From an uncultured Chloroflexia bacterium (GTDB lineage: Bacteria; Chloroflexota; Limnocylindria; Limnocylindrales; CSP1-4): a stretch of 64,000 nt of DNA. The stretch is taken from NCBI GenBank assembly GCA_963763775.1, contig CAVXPZ010000001.1, positions 672,001 to 736,000 of the forward strand. The letters are read 5' to 3'. The position numbers were made by a program, and so were the translations under genes. The notes beneath the pieces were generated by a model. The model searched no databases and was not told where the DNA came from. It was given only the letters and a program-made list of their open reading frames with translations. Shown here one piece after another: positions 22,625 to 32,115 of this stretch; position 1 is the first letter of the stretch; every line of letters begins with the position of its first letter.

Positions 22625-25053
22625 GCGTCGGCGGCCGGTTCGGCGGGTCTGGTCCGACGCGACGACGCGCGTCCCGTCGGTCGCGCGCCGCCACGGCCAC
22701 GACCGCCGCCACGCCCGGTGCTGGATCCACCCGTCCCGCCGCGTCGCGCCCGCTCGGGTCGGGCGATCGCGGCCGGGTCCGGCGGCCCGCCGGGATAGCG
22801 CTCGCCGGGGACGATCGACGCCGGTTCCGCCTCGATCGCCGACCCGCAGACCAGGCAGATCGCCTTCTCGCCCTTGCGGCCGATCGGCCCGTCGTCGGCG
22901 TCGTGGAGCCCGCCCAGCGGCTCGTCGTTGGTCGTGTAGTCGCACTTGGGGTACTTGGAGCACCCCCAGAAGACGTTCCCGGTGCGCCGCGCGCGACGCG
23001 GGACGAGATGGCCGTCCTGGTTCTTGGGACAGATGACCTCGAACGGGAGCGGGTCCGGCGGCGGCGGGCCGTCCTTCTTGATGAACTTGCACTCCGGATA
23101 GCGGTCGCAGCCCACGAACGGGCCGAACCTGCCGGTCTTGCTCACGAGGTGGCCCTGGCCGCACTCGGGGCAGACCTCACCGGTGCCCACGGGCTCGTCG
23201 TCGACGATCGGCCAGGGCCGCGTCTCCTTGTGCTCGGGATACAGCGAGCACGCCACGAACGGCCCGTTGCGGCCGAACCGGAGCACCATCGGGTGGCCGA
23301 GTGAGCAGACCTGGTCCGTCGGACGCGTCCATGCCGGGATGTCGCCACCGGCCCGCACGGCATCGTCGAGCGGCCCGTAGAAGGCCCGGAGCAGGGGCAC
23401 CCACGCGCGCTCGCCGCGGGCGACCTCATCGAGCTCCTCTTCCATGCGCGCCGTGAACCCGAGGTCCACGTAGTCGCCGAAGTGCTCGACGAGCAGGTCC
23501 GTGACCACCTCGGCCACGAGCTCCGGATACAGGCGACGCTCCTCGATGCGGACGTAGCCCCGGTCCGTGATCGTCGAGATCGTGGCCGCATACGTGGACG
23601 GGCGCCCGATGCCGAGCTCCTCGAGCGCCTTGATCAGCGTCGCCTCGGTGAACCGCGGCGGCGGCTCGGTGAAGTGCTGCGTCGGCGTGACCTCGGCCAC
23701 GCTGGTGACGTCGCCCTCCTTCAGGCCCGGGAGCCGGTTGCCTTCGTCGTCGTCGTCGGCGGCATCGTCGTCGCGGCCCTCGGTGTAGACGCGGGCGAAG
23801 CCGTCGAAGAGGACCTTCGTGGAGGAGGCCCGGAGCTCGTACGGTCCATCGGCAAGCTCGATCGATGTGGTCTCGAGCTCCTTCGGCGCCATCTGGGACG
23901 CGAGCGCGCGCTGCCAGATCAGGCGATACAGGCGCAGCTCGTCGGCCTTCAGGTGGCCCGCGAGGGAATCGGGGTCACGACGGAAGCTCGTCGGCCGGAT
24001 CGACTCGTGCGCCTCCTGGGCACCCTTCGACTTGGTCTTGTAGACGCGGCCCTTGGGCATGGTGTACGTCGCGCCGAACCGGTCGCCGATGACCTCGCGC
24101 GCCTCGCCCATCGCGATGCCGGCGATCGCGGTCGAATTGGTCCGCATGTACGTGATGAGGCCGACCTGGCCGCCACCGATGTCGACGCCCTCGTAGAGGC
24201 GTTGCGCCACGGACATCGTGCGCTTCGGGCTGAACCCGAGCCGACGACTGGCCTCCTGCTGGAGGGTCGAGGTCGTGAAGGGCGCCGCGGGCGACCGCTT
24301 CTGGGTGCGCGTCCCGATCTTGCGCACGACGGGGTGCCGCTGGGCCAGCGCCTCGATGTGCGCGGTCGCGGTGGCCTCGTCCTTGATGTCGAGCGCCTCG
24401 GCGTCGATCCGCACCAGCTCGGCAGTGAACCGCTCCCCAGCGGCCGTCTCCAGGACGGCCTCGATCGTCCAGTACTCGCGCGCCGTGAAGGCGCCGATCT
24501 CCCGTTCCCGTTCCACCACGAGCCGGACCGCGACGGACTGGACGCGTCCGGCCGACAGCCCGCGCTGGACCTTCCGGCCGATCAGCGGGCTCAGCGTGTA
24601 GCCGACGAGGCGGTCGACGATGCGGCGCGTCTGCTGCGCGTCGACGAGGTCCTGGTCGATATCGCGCGGGTTCGCGAAGGCCTCCCGGATCGCCGGCTCG
24701 GTGATCTCGCTGAACGTGACCCGGCGGGTCTTGTCCGCGGGGACGTGCGCGGCCTCGGCGACATGCCAGGCGATCGCCTCGCCCTCGCGGTCCAGGTCGG
24801 TGGCCAGGTAGACCATGTCCGAGCCGCGGGCCGCCTTCTCGATGTCGCTGACCTGCTTGCGCCGGTCCTCGGAGATGACGTACTCGGGGGCGAAGTCGTG
24901 GTCGACGTCCACGCCGAACTTGCCCTTCCCCGGGTTCTCGGGCAGGTCTCGGACATGTCCGTAGGAGGCGAGGACCTTGTAGTCGGCGCCCAGGTAGCGT
25001 TCGATCGTGCGCGCCTTCGCAGGCGACTCCACGATCACGAGGTTCTTCGGCAC
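22621..25053 (-). CDS. topA: DNA topoisomerase I
   Basis: NLVIVESPAKA, GHVRDLP, ATDLDREGEAI, SAGRVQS, ITYMRT (catalytic Tyr), AQEAHE, C-terminal Zn ribbons. Confidence 0.97.
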   Translation of the reverse strand: MPKNLVIVESPAKARTIERYLGADYKVLASYGHVRDLPENPGKGKFGVDVDHDFAPEYVISEDRRKQVSDIEKAARGSDMVYLATDLDREGEAIAWHVAEAAHVPADKTRRVTFSEITEPAIREAFANPRDIDQDLVDAQQTRRIVDRLVGYTLSPLIGRKVQRGLSAGRVQSVAVRLVVEREREIGAFTAREYWTIEAVLETAAGERFTAELVRIDAEALDIKDEATATAHIEALAQRHPVVRKIGTRTQKRSPAAPFTTSTLQQEASRRLGFSPKRTMSVAQRLYEGVDIGGGQVGLITYMRTNSTAIAGIAMGEAREVIGDRFGATYTMPKGRVYKTKSKGAQEAHESIRPTSFRRDPDSLAGHLKADELRLYRLIWQRALASQMAPKELETTSIELADGPYELRASSTKVLFDGFARVYTEGRDDDAADDDDEGNRLPGLKEGDVTSVAEVTPTQHFTEPPPRFTEATLIKALEELGIGRPSTYAATISTITDRGYVRIEERRLYPELVAEVVTDLLVEHFGDYVDLGFTARMEEELDEVARGERAWVPLLRAFYGPLDDAVRAGGDIPAWTRPTDQVCSLGHPMVLRFGRNGPFVACSLYPEHKETRPWPIVDDEPVGTGEVCPECGQGHLVSKTGRFGPFVGCDRYPECKFIKKDGPPPPDPLPFEVICPKNQDGHLVPRRARRTGNVFWGCSKYPKCDYTTNDEPLGGLHDADDGPIGRKGEKAICLVCGSAIEAEPASIVPGERYPGGPPDPAAIARPERARRGGTGGSSTGRGGGRGRGGARPTGRASSRRTRPAEPAADA

Positions 25054-25106
25054 GGCCGGGAGTGTAGCACCGGGTCCTGCACGGACCCTTGGCGGGCGTC
25101 CGACGG

Positions 25107-25451
25107 TCAGACTTCGCGGATGCGCCGGAGGAAGTCCTCGTCGATCTCGAGGTCCGGCTCGTCGTCCTCGGTCGCACCATCCGGCCCGAAGCCCGGGCGG
25201 ACGTTCGAGACGACCACCATCGGCCGGTCGCCGGTCCCCGTGGCGGAGGTCGGCAGGATCTCGATGAACCGGATGTTGACCCACGCGAAGATGAAGACCG
25301 AGTGCATGTCGTCGGCGAAGACGGGGCGCTTCCGGTCGAGGGTGCGCAGGTTCGTGCAGCGCAGGGTCAGGTCGCTCGGCGAGGGGATCTCGAACAGGTC
25401 CGCGACGAGCGGCTGCTCGTTGTTGATGTGGATGACGGCGTCGTTGATCAC
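25107..25451 (-). CDS. Hypothetical protein (114 aa)
   Basis: Ordered, beta-rich N-terminus and acidic C-terminal tail (DEDFLRRIREV); typical codon usage. Confidence 0.75.
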   Translation of the reverse strand: MINDAVIHINNEQPLVADLFEIPSPSDLTLRCTNLRTLDRKRPVFADDMHSVFIFAWVNIRFIEILPTSATGTGDRPMVVVSNVRPGFGPDGATEDDEPDLEIDEDFLRRIREV

Positions 25452-25502
25452 CGCGTCATCTTGGGCGCGCGGAAGCCGGACGTCAGTGTGACTTTGGTCC
25501 GG

Positions 25503-27137
25503 TCAGGGGTGGTAGAAGTCGATGACCAGTCGCACCCGACCGTGCGACACCCAGACGCCGATCCCGACGCGATCGTACTTGGCGTTCATCAGGTTGACGT
25601 AGTGGCCGCCGCTGTACGAGCGCTCGCTCTGGAAGAAGCGGTGCGACCCGAGGACCGCGCCTCGCGGGTTGCCCGACCGGCAGCCGATGTTCTCGGCCCA
25701 TCGATAGCTGGAGTAGCCCGCCCGGCGCAGACGGTCTCCAGGGTTGCCGCCGATGAAGTGGCTGCAGTCCGCGCCGATCGCCAGCTTCCTGGCGTACGGT
25801 CGAGACACGTGGGCGCTGATCCCGCGATCGAGCTTGAGCGCGGCCACGTTCCGACCGCCCGGGCTGGAGCACTTGCCCGACGAGGTGACCCAGCCGCCGG
25901 TTCGGGTGCAGTTCATGAGCCCGAGGTAGTACGTCTCCACGGAGCCCCAACTGCCGCCACCGACGGCGCGCCCCGGACCGGTCGAGCCACCGCCGCTGCT
26001 CGGCGGACGCGACTTCACGGCCGGCTTGGCTTTGGGCTTCGGGGCCGTCTTGAACCAGCCGCTGGTCGAGGCGCCGAGCGTCGAGCCGTCGGCGGTCTCG
26101 GCATTCGCACCCACCTCCATGACGACCTTGGCGCCGTATGGCAGGGCCTTCGCCGGCACGAACACCAGGACGAGCCCGTTCTCCGCGAACGAGATCTTGC
26201 CGGCGATCGGCTTGCCGGCCGCACTCACCTTGAACGCCGCCGCCGTGGCCGCGTGCGCCATCGGGGACGTGAACCGGACGGAGATGGCGGCATCCCGCGG
26301 GATATCGGCCGTGGTGTCACGCGGCCGGAAGCGGACGACCCCGGCCGAGGCGATCGTCCTGAACGTGGTCTCGCCGCGCGCGATCCGGATCCCGTCCGCG
26401 TCTCGGACCCCGTCGATCACGAGGCGGTAGCGGGTGTTCGCCCTGAGCGCCTTCGACGGCGTGAAGGTGTAGGTCGTCAGACCCTCACCGGCCTGGGTCG
26501 CCGTCACGGAACCCTTGGCGGCCGGCTCGAGATGCACCGAAGGGGCGACGGTCGTCGGGTCGACCGGACGGTCGAACGTGAAGAGGAAGGCGCTCCCGAC
26601 GGCGATCCGTTTGCCGGAACGCTCCGTCGGCGAGATCCGGACGCCGCCCTCGTCGCGGGTCAGGAACGCGGCGCGGGCCGGGCTGGCCATGGGAGCGCCG
26701 GACTTCGCGAGGGCGCCGGCATCGACCGTGATCGTGTGGTAGGTCCCGGAGGCCCATCGGTGGCTCGGCGCGATCGTGAGGACGCGTCCGGTCGCGTCCC
26801 AGCGGAGGTCGACGGCCACCGGCGGCTGGACCTTGAGGGACGCCGCGACCGAGCGCTGGTCCATCGGTGCGCTGAACTCGATCGTCACCGGCTCGTCGAG
26901 GGCACGGTCCGTGGCCACGACCGTCTGGAAGTTCGCGGCAGTCAGCGGCAGGTCGGCCGCGACGGGCGTCGCCGTGGCCGGCGTCGGTCGCACCAAGGCG
27001 ATGACGCCGAGGCCGATCAACGCTCCCAGACCCACGGCCAAGGCTGACCGCGCCACCATCGAGCGACCGACGAGGGTGCTCAGGTAGACGACAGCCAGGA
27101 CCGGGACGGCCAGCAGCGCGATGGCCAGCTTTCGCAA
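25503..27137 (-). CDS. Membrane-anchored protein with three Ig-like (Big_5-type) domains and a C-terminal CAP/SCP domain
   Basis: Two N-terminal TM segments; repeats IEFSAPMD, FTFDRPVD, VRFTSPM; CAP motifs DRLRRAGY, AENIG, GHYVNLMN, VGIG. Confidence 0.8.
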   Translation of the reverse strand: MRKLAIALLAVPVLAVVYLSTLVGRSMVARSALAVGLGALIGLGVIALVRPTPATATPVAADLPLTAANFQTVVATDRALDEPVTIEFSAPMDQRSVAASLKVQPPVAVDLRWDATGRVLTIAPSHRWASGTYHTITVDAGALAKSGAPMASPARAAFLTRDEGGVRISPTERSGKRIAVGSAFLFTFDRPVDPTTVAPSVHLEPAAKGSVTATQAGEGLTTYTFTPSKALRANTRYRLVIDGVRDADGIRIARGETTFRTIASAGVVRFRPRDTTADIPRDAAISVRFTSPMAHAATAAAFKVSAAGKPIAGKISFAENGLVLVFVPAKALPYGAKVVMEVGANAETADGSTLGASTSGWFKTAPKPKAKPAVKSRPPSSGGGSTGPGRAVGGGSWGSVETYYLGLMNCTRTGGWVTSSGKCSSPGGRNVAALKLDRGISAHVSRPYARKLAIGADCSHFIGGNPGDRLRRAGYSSYRWAENIGCRSGNPRGAVLGSHRFFQSERSYSGGHYVNLMNAKYDRVGIGVWVSHGRVRLVIDFYHP

Positions 27138-27268
27138 TAGACGACGCTCCGTGCTGGGGCAGGAGGTGGGCCCGGGATCGGGCACGCGCAGGTCGCGTTG
27201 GGATCGAGACCTCGCCTGAGGGTAGCATCGGTCGGACCGAGGCGGCAACCGTGGAGGCACCGTCCCGT

Positions 27269-28603
27269 TCAGCGAGTGGTGCCGGCACGCCTCGGTCTGG
27301 CCGTCCGACCCCGCCGGTCGACGGCCGCGAGCGTCCCGGCCGGGCGGTACCGTCCGAAGGTGCCGACGACGAGCCCGCGACGCTCGAGCAGCGTCAGGGT
27401 GGCGAGGACCGTGGCCACCGGGAGGTCCGTGACGGCCACCAATTCGTCGACGGTGACCCGGCCCGCGACGAGCTCCTGGCCGACTCGCGCCGCCGTACCG
27501 CCGAGCTCGGTCAGGGTCGCCCCGGCGAGCGCGGTGGCGCCGCGGACGGGCGGCGGCGTCGCCAGTCCCAGGTCCTCGATCAGCTGCGGGACGCCGGAGA
27601 CGATCCGGGCGCTCCCCGGGAAGTCGCGCAGGAACGAGAGGCAGCCCGCGCTCGGGATCGCGTCGATCGGACCCGGGACGAGGAAGCAGTCGCGGCCCTG
27701 CTCCAGCGACCAGGAGGCGGTCAGGAGGGCGCCACTCCTCGCCGGCGCCTCGACGACCACGGTCGCGTCCGCGAGGCCGCTGATCAGCCGGTTCCGCCGG
27801 GGGAACGTCCATTTGAGCGGGGTGGCGTCCGGCCCCAGCTCGGAGACGATGGCGCCGCCGCCGTCGACGATCGCGGCCGCGAGGCGCGTATGGGCGCGCG
27901 GGAAGAGCCGCGCGTGGCCACCGCCGATGACCGCGACCGTGGTGCCGCCCGCCTCGAGCGTCGCCGCGTGGGCCGCGCCGTCGATGCCCACCGCGAGCCC
28001 CGAGATGACCGAGGCACTCGACGCCACGAGCGCCCCGGCGATCCGGCTGGCGAGCAGTCGGCCACCCGTGGTCGCTCGGCGCGTCCCGACGACGGCGACG
28101 GCGTGCGCCGTGTGCATCGCACTGACGGTCCCGTGGACGAAGAGGACATGCGGCGGAAGGTCGACCGTCGCGAGGCGCGGCGGGTAAGCCGGGTCGTCGA
28201 GCGTGACCACGACGAGCCCGAGCTCGCGGATGCGCTCGACCGTCCTGGGTCCATCCTGCGCCGCCTGCGCGATCGTCGTGGCGAGCTCATGGGTCAGCAC
28301 CGGGGACGCACGGTCGTCGGCCTCGACGTCCCGGCCGTACTCGTTCGCGGCGGCGACCAGGGCCAGGACGCCGCCGGGGCGAGCGGCGATCTCGAGGACG
28401 GACCGCCCGCTCCCGATCCGACGGAGCAGGCTCGCGAACGCCACCGGTCCGAGACCCTCGACGCCGGCGAGGATCGCCCACGCGTCCCGTTCCGCGGCGC
28501 GGGACGTCCCCGACGAGGACCCTGGGTCGTCCGCGGCCGTCGCCAGGGCGACGCTGGCCGGATCCCGATCCCCGGTCGGACCGCCCAGTCCCACACCGAG
28601 CAT
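27269..28603 (-). CDS. dprA: DNA-processing protein DprA
   Basis: YPPRL, VAVVGTRRAT, ISGLAVGIDGAAH, FPRRNRLISG, VVEAPARSGALLTA, C-terminal winged helix. Confidence 0.94.
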   Translation of the reverse strand: MLGVGLGGPTGDRDPASVALATAADDPGSSSGTSRAAERDAWAILAGVEGLGPVAFASLLRRIGSGRSVLEIAARPGGVLALVAAANEYGRDVEADDRASPVLTHELATTIAQAAQDGPRTVERIRELGLVVVTLDDPAYPPRLATVDLPPHVLFVHGTVSAMHTAHAVAVVGTRRATTGGRLLASRIAGALVASSASVISGLAVGIDGAAHAATLEAGGTTVAVIGGGHARLFPRAHTRLAAAIVDGGGAIVSELGPDATPLKWTFPRRNRLISGLADATVVVEAPARSGALLTASWSLEQGRDCFLVPGPIDAIPSAGCLSFLRDFPGSARIVSGVPQLIEDLGLATPPPVRGATALAGATLTELGGTAARVGQELVAGRVTVDELVAVTDLPVATVLATLTLLERRGLVVGTFGRYRPAGTLAAVDRRGRTARPRRAGTTR

Positions 28604-28604
28604 C

Positions 28605-30200
28605 TCAGACCGCCAACGAGCTGACGTGTTCGCCGCCTTGCTGCCGGAACCAGGCGGCCTCGTCGAGGTGCGCGGCCTGCACGCGGTCGTCGCCCGTGAG
28701 ATCCGCGATGGTCCGCGCCACCCGCAGCAGTCGCTCGGTCCCGCGGCCGCTCGCCCGCTCCTGGTCCGCGAGGGCGACGGCGCGCCGCCGGGTCCGGGCA
28801 TCCATCGAGCACGCCTCGCGGAGGGCGTCCCCCGTCAGCCGGGCGTTCGACATCGGCGCAGGCCGGCCGCCGAGACGCCGGGCAGCGATAGCGCGGGCCG
28901 CGGCGATGCGGGCAGCGACGACCGCTGATCGTTCGGGGTCCGGCCCGCCGACGATGACCGCCGGGCGGACACGTGGCATCGAGATCCACAGGTCGATGCG
29001 GTCGCGAAGCGGTCCGGAGACGCGCCGCTCGTACCGCTGCACCAGCCCGGGCAGGCAGCGGCACTGGCCATCGTCGGTGCCGGCGTAGCCGCACGGGCAC
29101 GGGTTCATGGCCGCGAGCAGCTGGAAGCGCGCGGGGAACGTGGTGGCTCGGCCGGCGCGGGCGATCGCGACACGACCTTCCTCGAGCGGCTGGCGGAGCG
29201 CCTCGAGGACATCGCGGCCGAACTCCGGCAGCTCGTCGAGGAACAGCACGCCGTGATCGGCGAGGGTGACCTCGCCCGGCGACAGCCGAGGGCCGCCTCC
29301 GACCATCGCGGCATAGGAGATCGTGTGATGCGGCGCCCGGAACGGGGGGCGTCGGATGAGGCTCGTGATCGGCCCTTCGCCTGCCGCCGAGGCCACGATC
29401 GTCACCGCGAGCGCGGCCGCATCATCCAAACCCGGCAGGAGGCTCGGGACGGTCCGCGCCAGCAGGGTCTTGCCGACCCCGGGAGGGCCGGTCATGAGCA
29501 GGCCGTGCCCGCCCGCGAGGGCGATCTCCAGCCCACGGCGCGCCTGGGCCTGCCCGCGGACGTCGCCGAGGTCCGGAGAGGCGGTCGTCGGCTCGACGAC
29601 GCTCCCCGGCGCCCCCGCGACGGACGCCGTCGACGACATGGCCTCCCCCCTGAACTCGATCCGTGCCGAGGGCGAGGTCCGTCGTCGCGATCGCGCCGAC
29701 CGGATCGCCTCGATGGCGTCGCCGAGCGACTCGAGCCCGACGACCTCGACCCCGGCGACCAGCGCCGCCTCCTCGACAGCGGCCGCGGCGACACCGACGC
29801 GACGGATCCCGCGTCGTTCGAGCGCGGCGACCATCGGGAGGATCCCCGGAACGGGCCGCACCTCGCCGCCGAGCGACAGCTCGCCGATCAGCCCGATGGC
29901 GTCGCGGCCCGGCCGGACCTGCTCGGAGCCGAGCAGGATCCCCATCGCCATCGCCAGGTCCAGCGACGCTCCCGCCTTCCTGAGGTCCGCGGGCGCGAGG
30001 TTCACGGTGATCCGTCGAGGCGGATGGACGTATCCCGTGTTGCGCAACGCCCCGCGGATGCGCTCTCGCGCCTCCTGGAGGGCCGTGTCGGCCAGCCCGA
30101 CGATCGTGAACCCCGGCAGGCCGGGCGCGACGTCGACCTCGACGCGGATGAACCGCCCGTCGAGCCCGAGCAAGGTCGCGGAAGGGACGATGGCCAGCAC
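28605..30200 (-). CDS. comM: YifB/ComM Mg-chelatase-like AAA+ ATPase
   Basis: TVNLAPADLRK, GELSLGG, GPPGVGKT, PFRAPHH, LFLDELPEF, LRQPLE, AMNPCPCG, SGPLRDRID. Confidence 0.94.
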   Translation of the reverse strand: MLAIVPSATLLGLDGRFIRVEVDVAPGLPGFTIVGLADTALQEARERIRGALRNTGYVHPPRRITVNLAPADLRKAGASLDLAMAMGILLGSEQVRPGRDAIGLIGELSLGGEVRPVPGILPMVAALERRGIRRVGVAAAAVEEAALVAGVEVVGLESLGDAIEAIRSARSRRRTSPSARIEFRGEAMSSTASVAGAPGSVVEPTTASPDLGDVRGQAQARRGLEIALAGGHGLLMTGPPGVGKTLLARTVPSLLPGLDDAAALAVTIVASAAGEGPITSLIRRPPFRAPHHTISYAAMVGGGPRLSPGEVTLADHGVLFLDELPEFGRDVLEALRQPLEEGRVAIARAGRATTFPARFQLLAAMNPCPCGYAGTDDGQCRCLPGLVQRYERRVSGPLRDRIDLWISMPRVRPAVIVGGPDPERSAVVAARIAAARAIAARRLGGRPAPMSNARLTGDALREACSMDARTRRRAVALADQERASGRGTERLLRVARTIADLTGDDRVQAAHLDEAAWFRQQGGEHVSSLAV

Positions 30201-30206
30201 CGCCCC

Positions 30207-30263
30207 ACCCTAGGCCGGGTGGCTCACCCGCGACTCACCGGCCGGCAACCCGCCCATCACCCG
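30207..30263 (-). promoter_or_regulatory. comM-dprA promoter: TAGGGT -10 plus four heptamer direct repeats at 11-bp period
   Basis: Plus-strand tcacccg (30224), tcaccgg (30235), caacccg (30246), tcacccg (30257); -10 at 30207-30212, 6 nt before the GTG. Confidence 0.65.
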
Positions 30264-30271
30264 TCGCGGCG

Positions 30272-31441
30272 TCAGCGGGCGGGGACGGCCCCTGTGGCGG
30301 CCACGGCGGCCGGCTTGTCGACCCCGCGGGCGAAGTGGAGCAGCGATCCGCCGAGCGCCGAGTCCGCCTTCATGAACATGAACGGCGCCCCGGAGTTCAG
30401 GGCGCTGATGGCGCCGCGGTACTCGTTGACGATCTGGTGGTCGATCGTCCGGCGCAGGGCGCCCTCGGCGTTCTTCACATTGATGCCGGTGAAGGCGTTC
30501 GATCGGTTGAGGACGAGCTGGACCTTGTTCGGCGGGTAGCCCAGGTGGTCGACGGTCTCGAGGATCAGCCGCACGTTCTTCAGGCACGAGAGATCCGCGG
30601 TCATCACCACGAAGATCGAGTCCGCGACCTCGAAGACGCCCAGGTTGACGTCGTCGAGACGCTTGTCGATGTCGACGACGACGTAGTCGTAGGTCGACAT
30701 CAGCAGCTCGGCGATCATCGGGAGGTGCTCGGGGCTGACGAGCTCGGCCGTCTCCGGCGACGGCGGCGCGAGCAGCAGGTCCACCCCTGAGTCGTGCTTG
30801 ACGAGCACGCTCTTGATGAGGTCGACGTCGATCGAGGATGCCGTCACGACGTCGACGATGCTCTTGCGGTCGAGGCCGAGGTCGAGGAAGACGCGATGGT
30901 CGCCGAACTGGAGGTTGCCGTCGATCAGGCAGACCTTCCGCCCGAGCTCGCGATTGAGAGCGATGGCCGCGTTGATGGCGATCGTGGTCGTGCCGACGCC
31001 GCCCTTGGCACCGTAGAACGCGAGGATCCGGCCGAGTGGCGGCCGCGAGAGCATGACGTCCTTGGGCGCGAACCGGGCGAGCAGGCTCTTGATGCGCGCC
31101 ATCAGCTCGGCCGGGTGGAACGGCTTGATCAGATAGTCGTCGGCGCCGGCCTTGAGGCCGCGGACCTTTTGCTCCACCTCGCGCTCGGCGGTGAGCATGA
31201 TGATCGGGACGTGGCTCGACGAGCCTTCTTCCGTGCGGATCTTCGTCGCGACCTGGTACCCGTCGAGCTTGGGCAGGGCGACGTCGAGGAGGATGAGGTC
31301 CGGAGCCTCGGCGCCCCACAGGCGGAATCCTTCGGCGCCGTCCGCCGCGACGATGACCTCGTACCCCTCCTGCTTCAGCGTGTACTGCAGAAGACGCTGG
31401 ACATTGGGGTCGTCATCGACGACGAGGATCTTGGCCGCCAT
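30272..31441 (-). CDS. Response-regulator receiver fused to a CpaE/TadZ-like MinD-family ATPase
   Basis: KILVVDDD, LLDVALPKLDG, MLTA, IKPF; GAKGGVGTTT, DGNLQFGD, LLLAPPSPE; TATAAT at 31500-31505. Confidence 0.88.
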   Translation of the reverse strand: MAAKILVVDDDPNVQRLLQYTLKQEGYEVIVAADGAEGFRLWGAEAPDLILLDVALPKLDGYQVATKIRTEEGSSSHVPIIMLTAEREVEQKVRGLKAGADDYLIKPFHPAELMARIKSLLARFAPKDVMLSRPPLGRILAFYGAKGGVGTTTIAINAAIALNRELGRKVCLIDGNLQFGDHRVFLDLGLDRKSIVDVVTASSIDVDLIKSVLVKHDSGVDLLLAPPSPETAELVSPEHLPMIAELLMSTYDYVVVDIDKRLDDVNLGVFEVADSIFVVMTADLSCLKNVRLILETVDHLGYPPNKVQLVLNRSNAFTGINVKNAEGALRRTIDHQIVNEYRGAISALNSGAPFMFMKADSALGGSLLHFARGVDKPAAVAATGAVPAR

Positions 31442-31500
31442 CGGTCCTCCGCGCGGGATGGGTGGGACGGTATCGCCGGCCTGGGCCCCCGGCGCCGCGA

Positions 31501-32115
31501 TTATAGGCTGCGGTCCGCTCGACCCGTCACCATCTCGCCCACCTCCGCGAACGGCATCGCCTCGAAGACCAGGCGGCTCCATGTCTCCAGGCGGTCGACG
31601 ACGGCCCCGACCTCGTCGACGGAGGCGAATCCGCCCTCGAGCTTGTCCGTCTCGCGAACGGTCACGGGCCGCCCGCCGGCATCGGCCACGTAGACGGCAC
31701 CGAGGTGCACCGAGCCGACCTCGGTCGTGTCGTCGTTGAGGAGCGCGACGAGGTGGAACGCCGGCTCGAAGCCTGCCACCAGCTCCTCGGCCCACTCGCG
31801 GCGAAGGCCGCCAAGCAGGTCGCCGTCCCCCGGATTGAGGTGGCCGCCAACGCCGATCGAGTACCGGTCGTGGAGGCGCGCATCGGCGCCGGCGCGCGTC
31901 CGTCGCATCAGGAAGATCCGATCGCCGTCACGGAGCACGAGGTACGGGATGACCTGCTTGTGGCCCGGGTCGACCTCCATGGCCCCGCGCGGCTCGAAGC
32001 GCCCGTGCGTGGCGACGAGGTCCTCGAACCCCTCGAGGACGTCCGCGCGGAGGCCATGCCACGTCGCGTGATCCGGCAGGACCGTCCTCGGGACGACCAG
32101 CACGAGCTCATCCAT
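31501..32115 (-). CDS. NUDIX-like predicted phosphoesterase (YmaB-like)
   Basis: KQVIPY, RLHDRYSIGVGGHLN, GLRREWAEE, LNDDTTEVGSVHLG. Confidence 0.82.
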   Translation of the reverse strand: MDELVLVVPRTVLPDHATWHGLRADVLEGFEDLVATHGRFEPRGAMEVDPGHKQVIPYLVLRDGDRIFLMRRTRAGADARLHDRYSIGVGGHLNPGDGDLLGGLRREWAEELVAGFEPAFHLVALLNDDTTEVGSVHLGAVYVADAGGRPVTVRETDKLEGGFASVDEVGAVVDRLETWSRLVFEAMPFAEVGEMVTGRADRSL

